A stretch of 64,000 nt of DNA from Lama glama. Its lineage: Eukaryota. The translations under genes and the position numbers were made by a program. A model generated the notes under the pieces. It was given only the letters and a program-made list of their open reading frames with translations, did not search any database and was not told the origin of the DNA. Position 1 is the stretch's first letter; each line of letters opens with the position of its first letter. Of this stretch, positions 63,909 to 64,000 are shown piece after piece. The stretch is from contig CM052819.1 in the NCBI GenBank assembly GCA_028534125.1, positions 18,042,001-18,106,000 of the forward strand, in the 5' to 3' direction.

Positions 63909-64000
63909 ATGTATTGGTTATCTGCTGTGTGGAGGTTCTGGGCACACTTCTATCTTCTTCACACCACAGATTTGGGAAACAGAGGACTTTAGGATTGACA

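Larger units (their letters stand above)
59418..64000 (-). other. SLC9A9: SLC9A9 intron upstream of the exon
   Basis: Ends in a polypyrimidine tract plus AAG acceptor. No other NHE-like coding sequence was seen. Confidence 0.8.

Noticed and set aside
1-64000. CRISPR arrays, prokaryotic operons, rRNA/snRNA genes or processed pseudogenes
   Set aside because: None seen; this is mammalian intronic DNA. Short diverged ncRNAs could be missed by eye, and an Infernal/Rfam scan would settle it.

Overview
This is mammalian genomic DNA, most likely from a camelid: it carries a Vic-1-type tRNA-derived SINE at 21879 and camelid/cetartiodactyl-style L1 3' ends. The window lies inside the large SLC9A9 (NHE9, endosomal Na+/H+ exchanger) gene on the minus strand. 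Only one coding exon is present, 59264-59417 (154 nt, [52 protein letters not shown]), which the ORF track misses in the correct frame. The rest is intron: more than 59 kb downstream and about 4.6 kb upstream, filled with L1, L2, MIR, MaLR/ERVL LTRs, DNA transposons, microsatellites and five assembly gaps. I see no convincing new biological system. The most unusual items are: (1) a ~555-bp piece of apparently foreign genomic DNA inside an MLT1A LTR; (2) an L1 fragment flanked by a ~61-bp direct repeat; (3) a nested hAT/L1/piggyBac (Looper)/young-L1 stack with a readable transposase motif; (4) candidate alternative-processing signals for SLC9A9; (5) a perfect nuclear-receptor DR0 site and an AP-1 cluster. 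Repeat family names and exon numbering come from recalled consensus sequences, not from a database search. Boundaries without a stated target-site duplication (TSD) are approximate.
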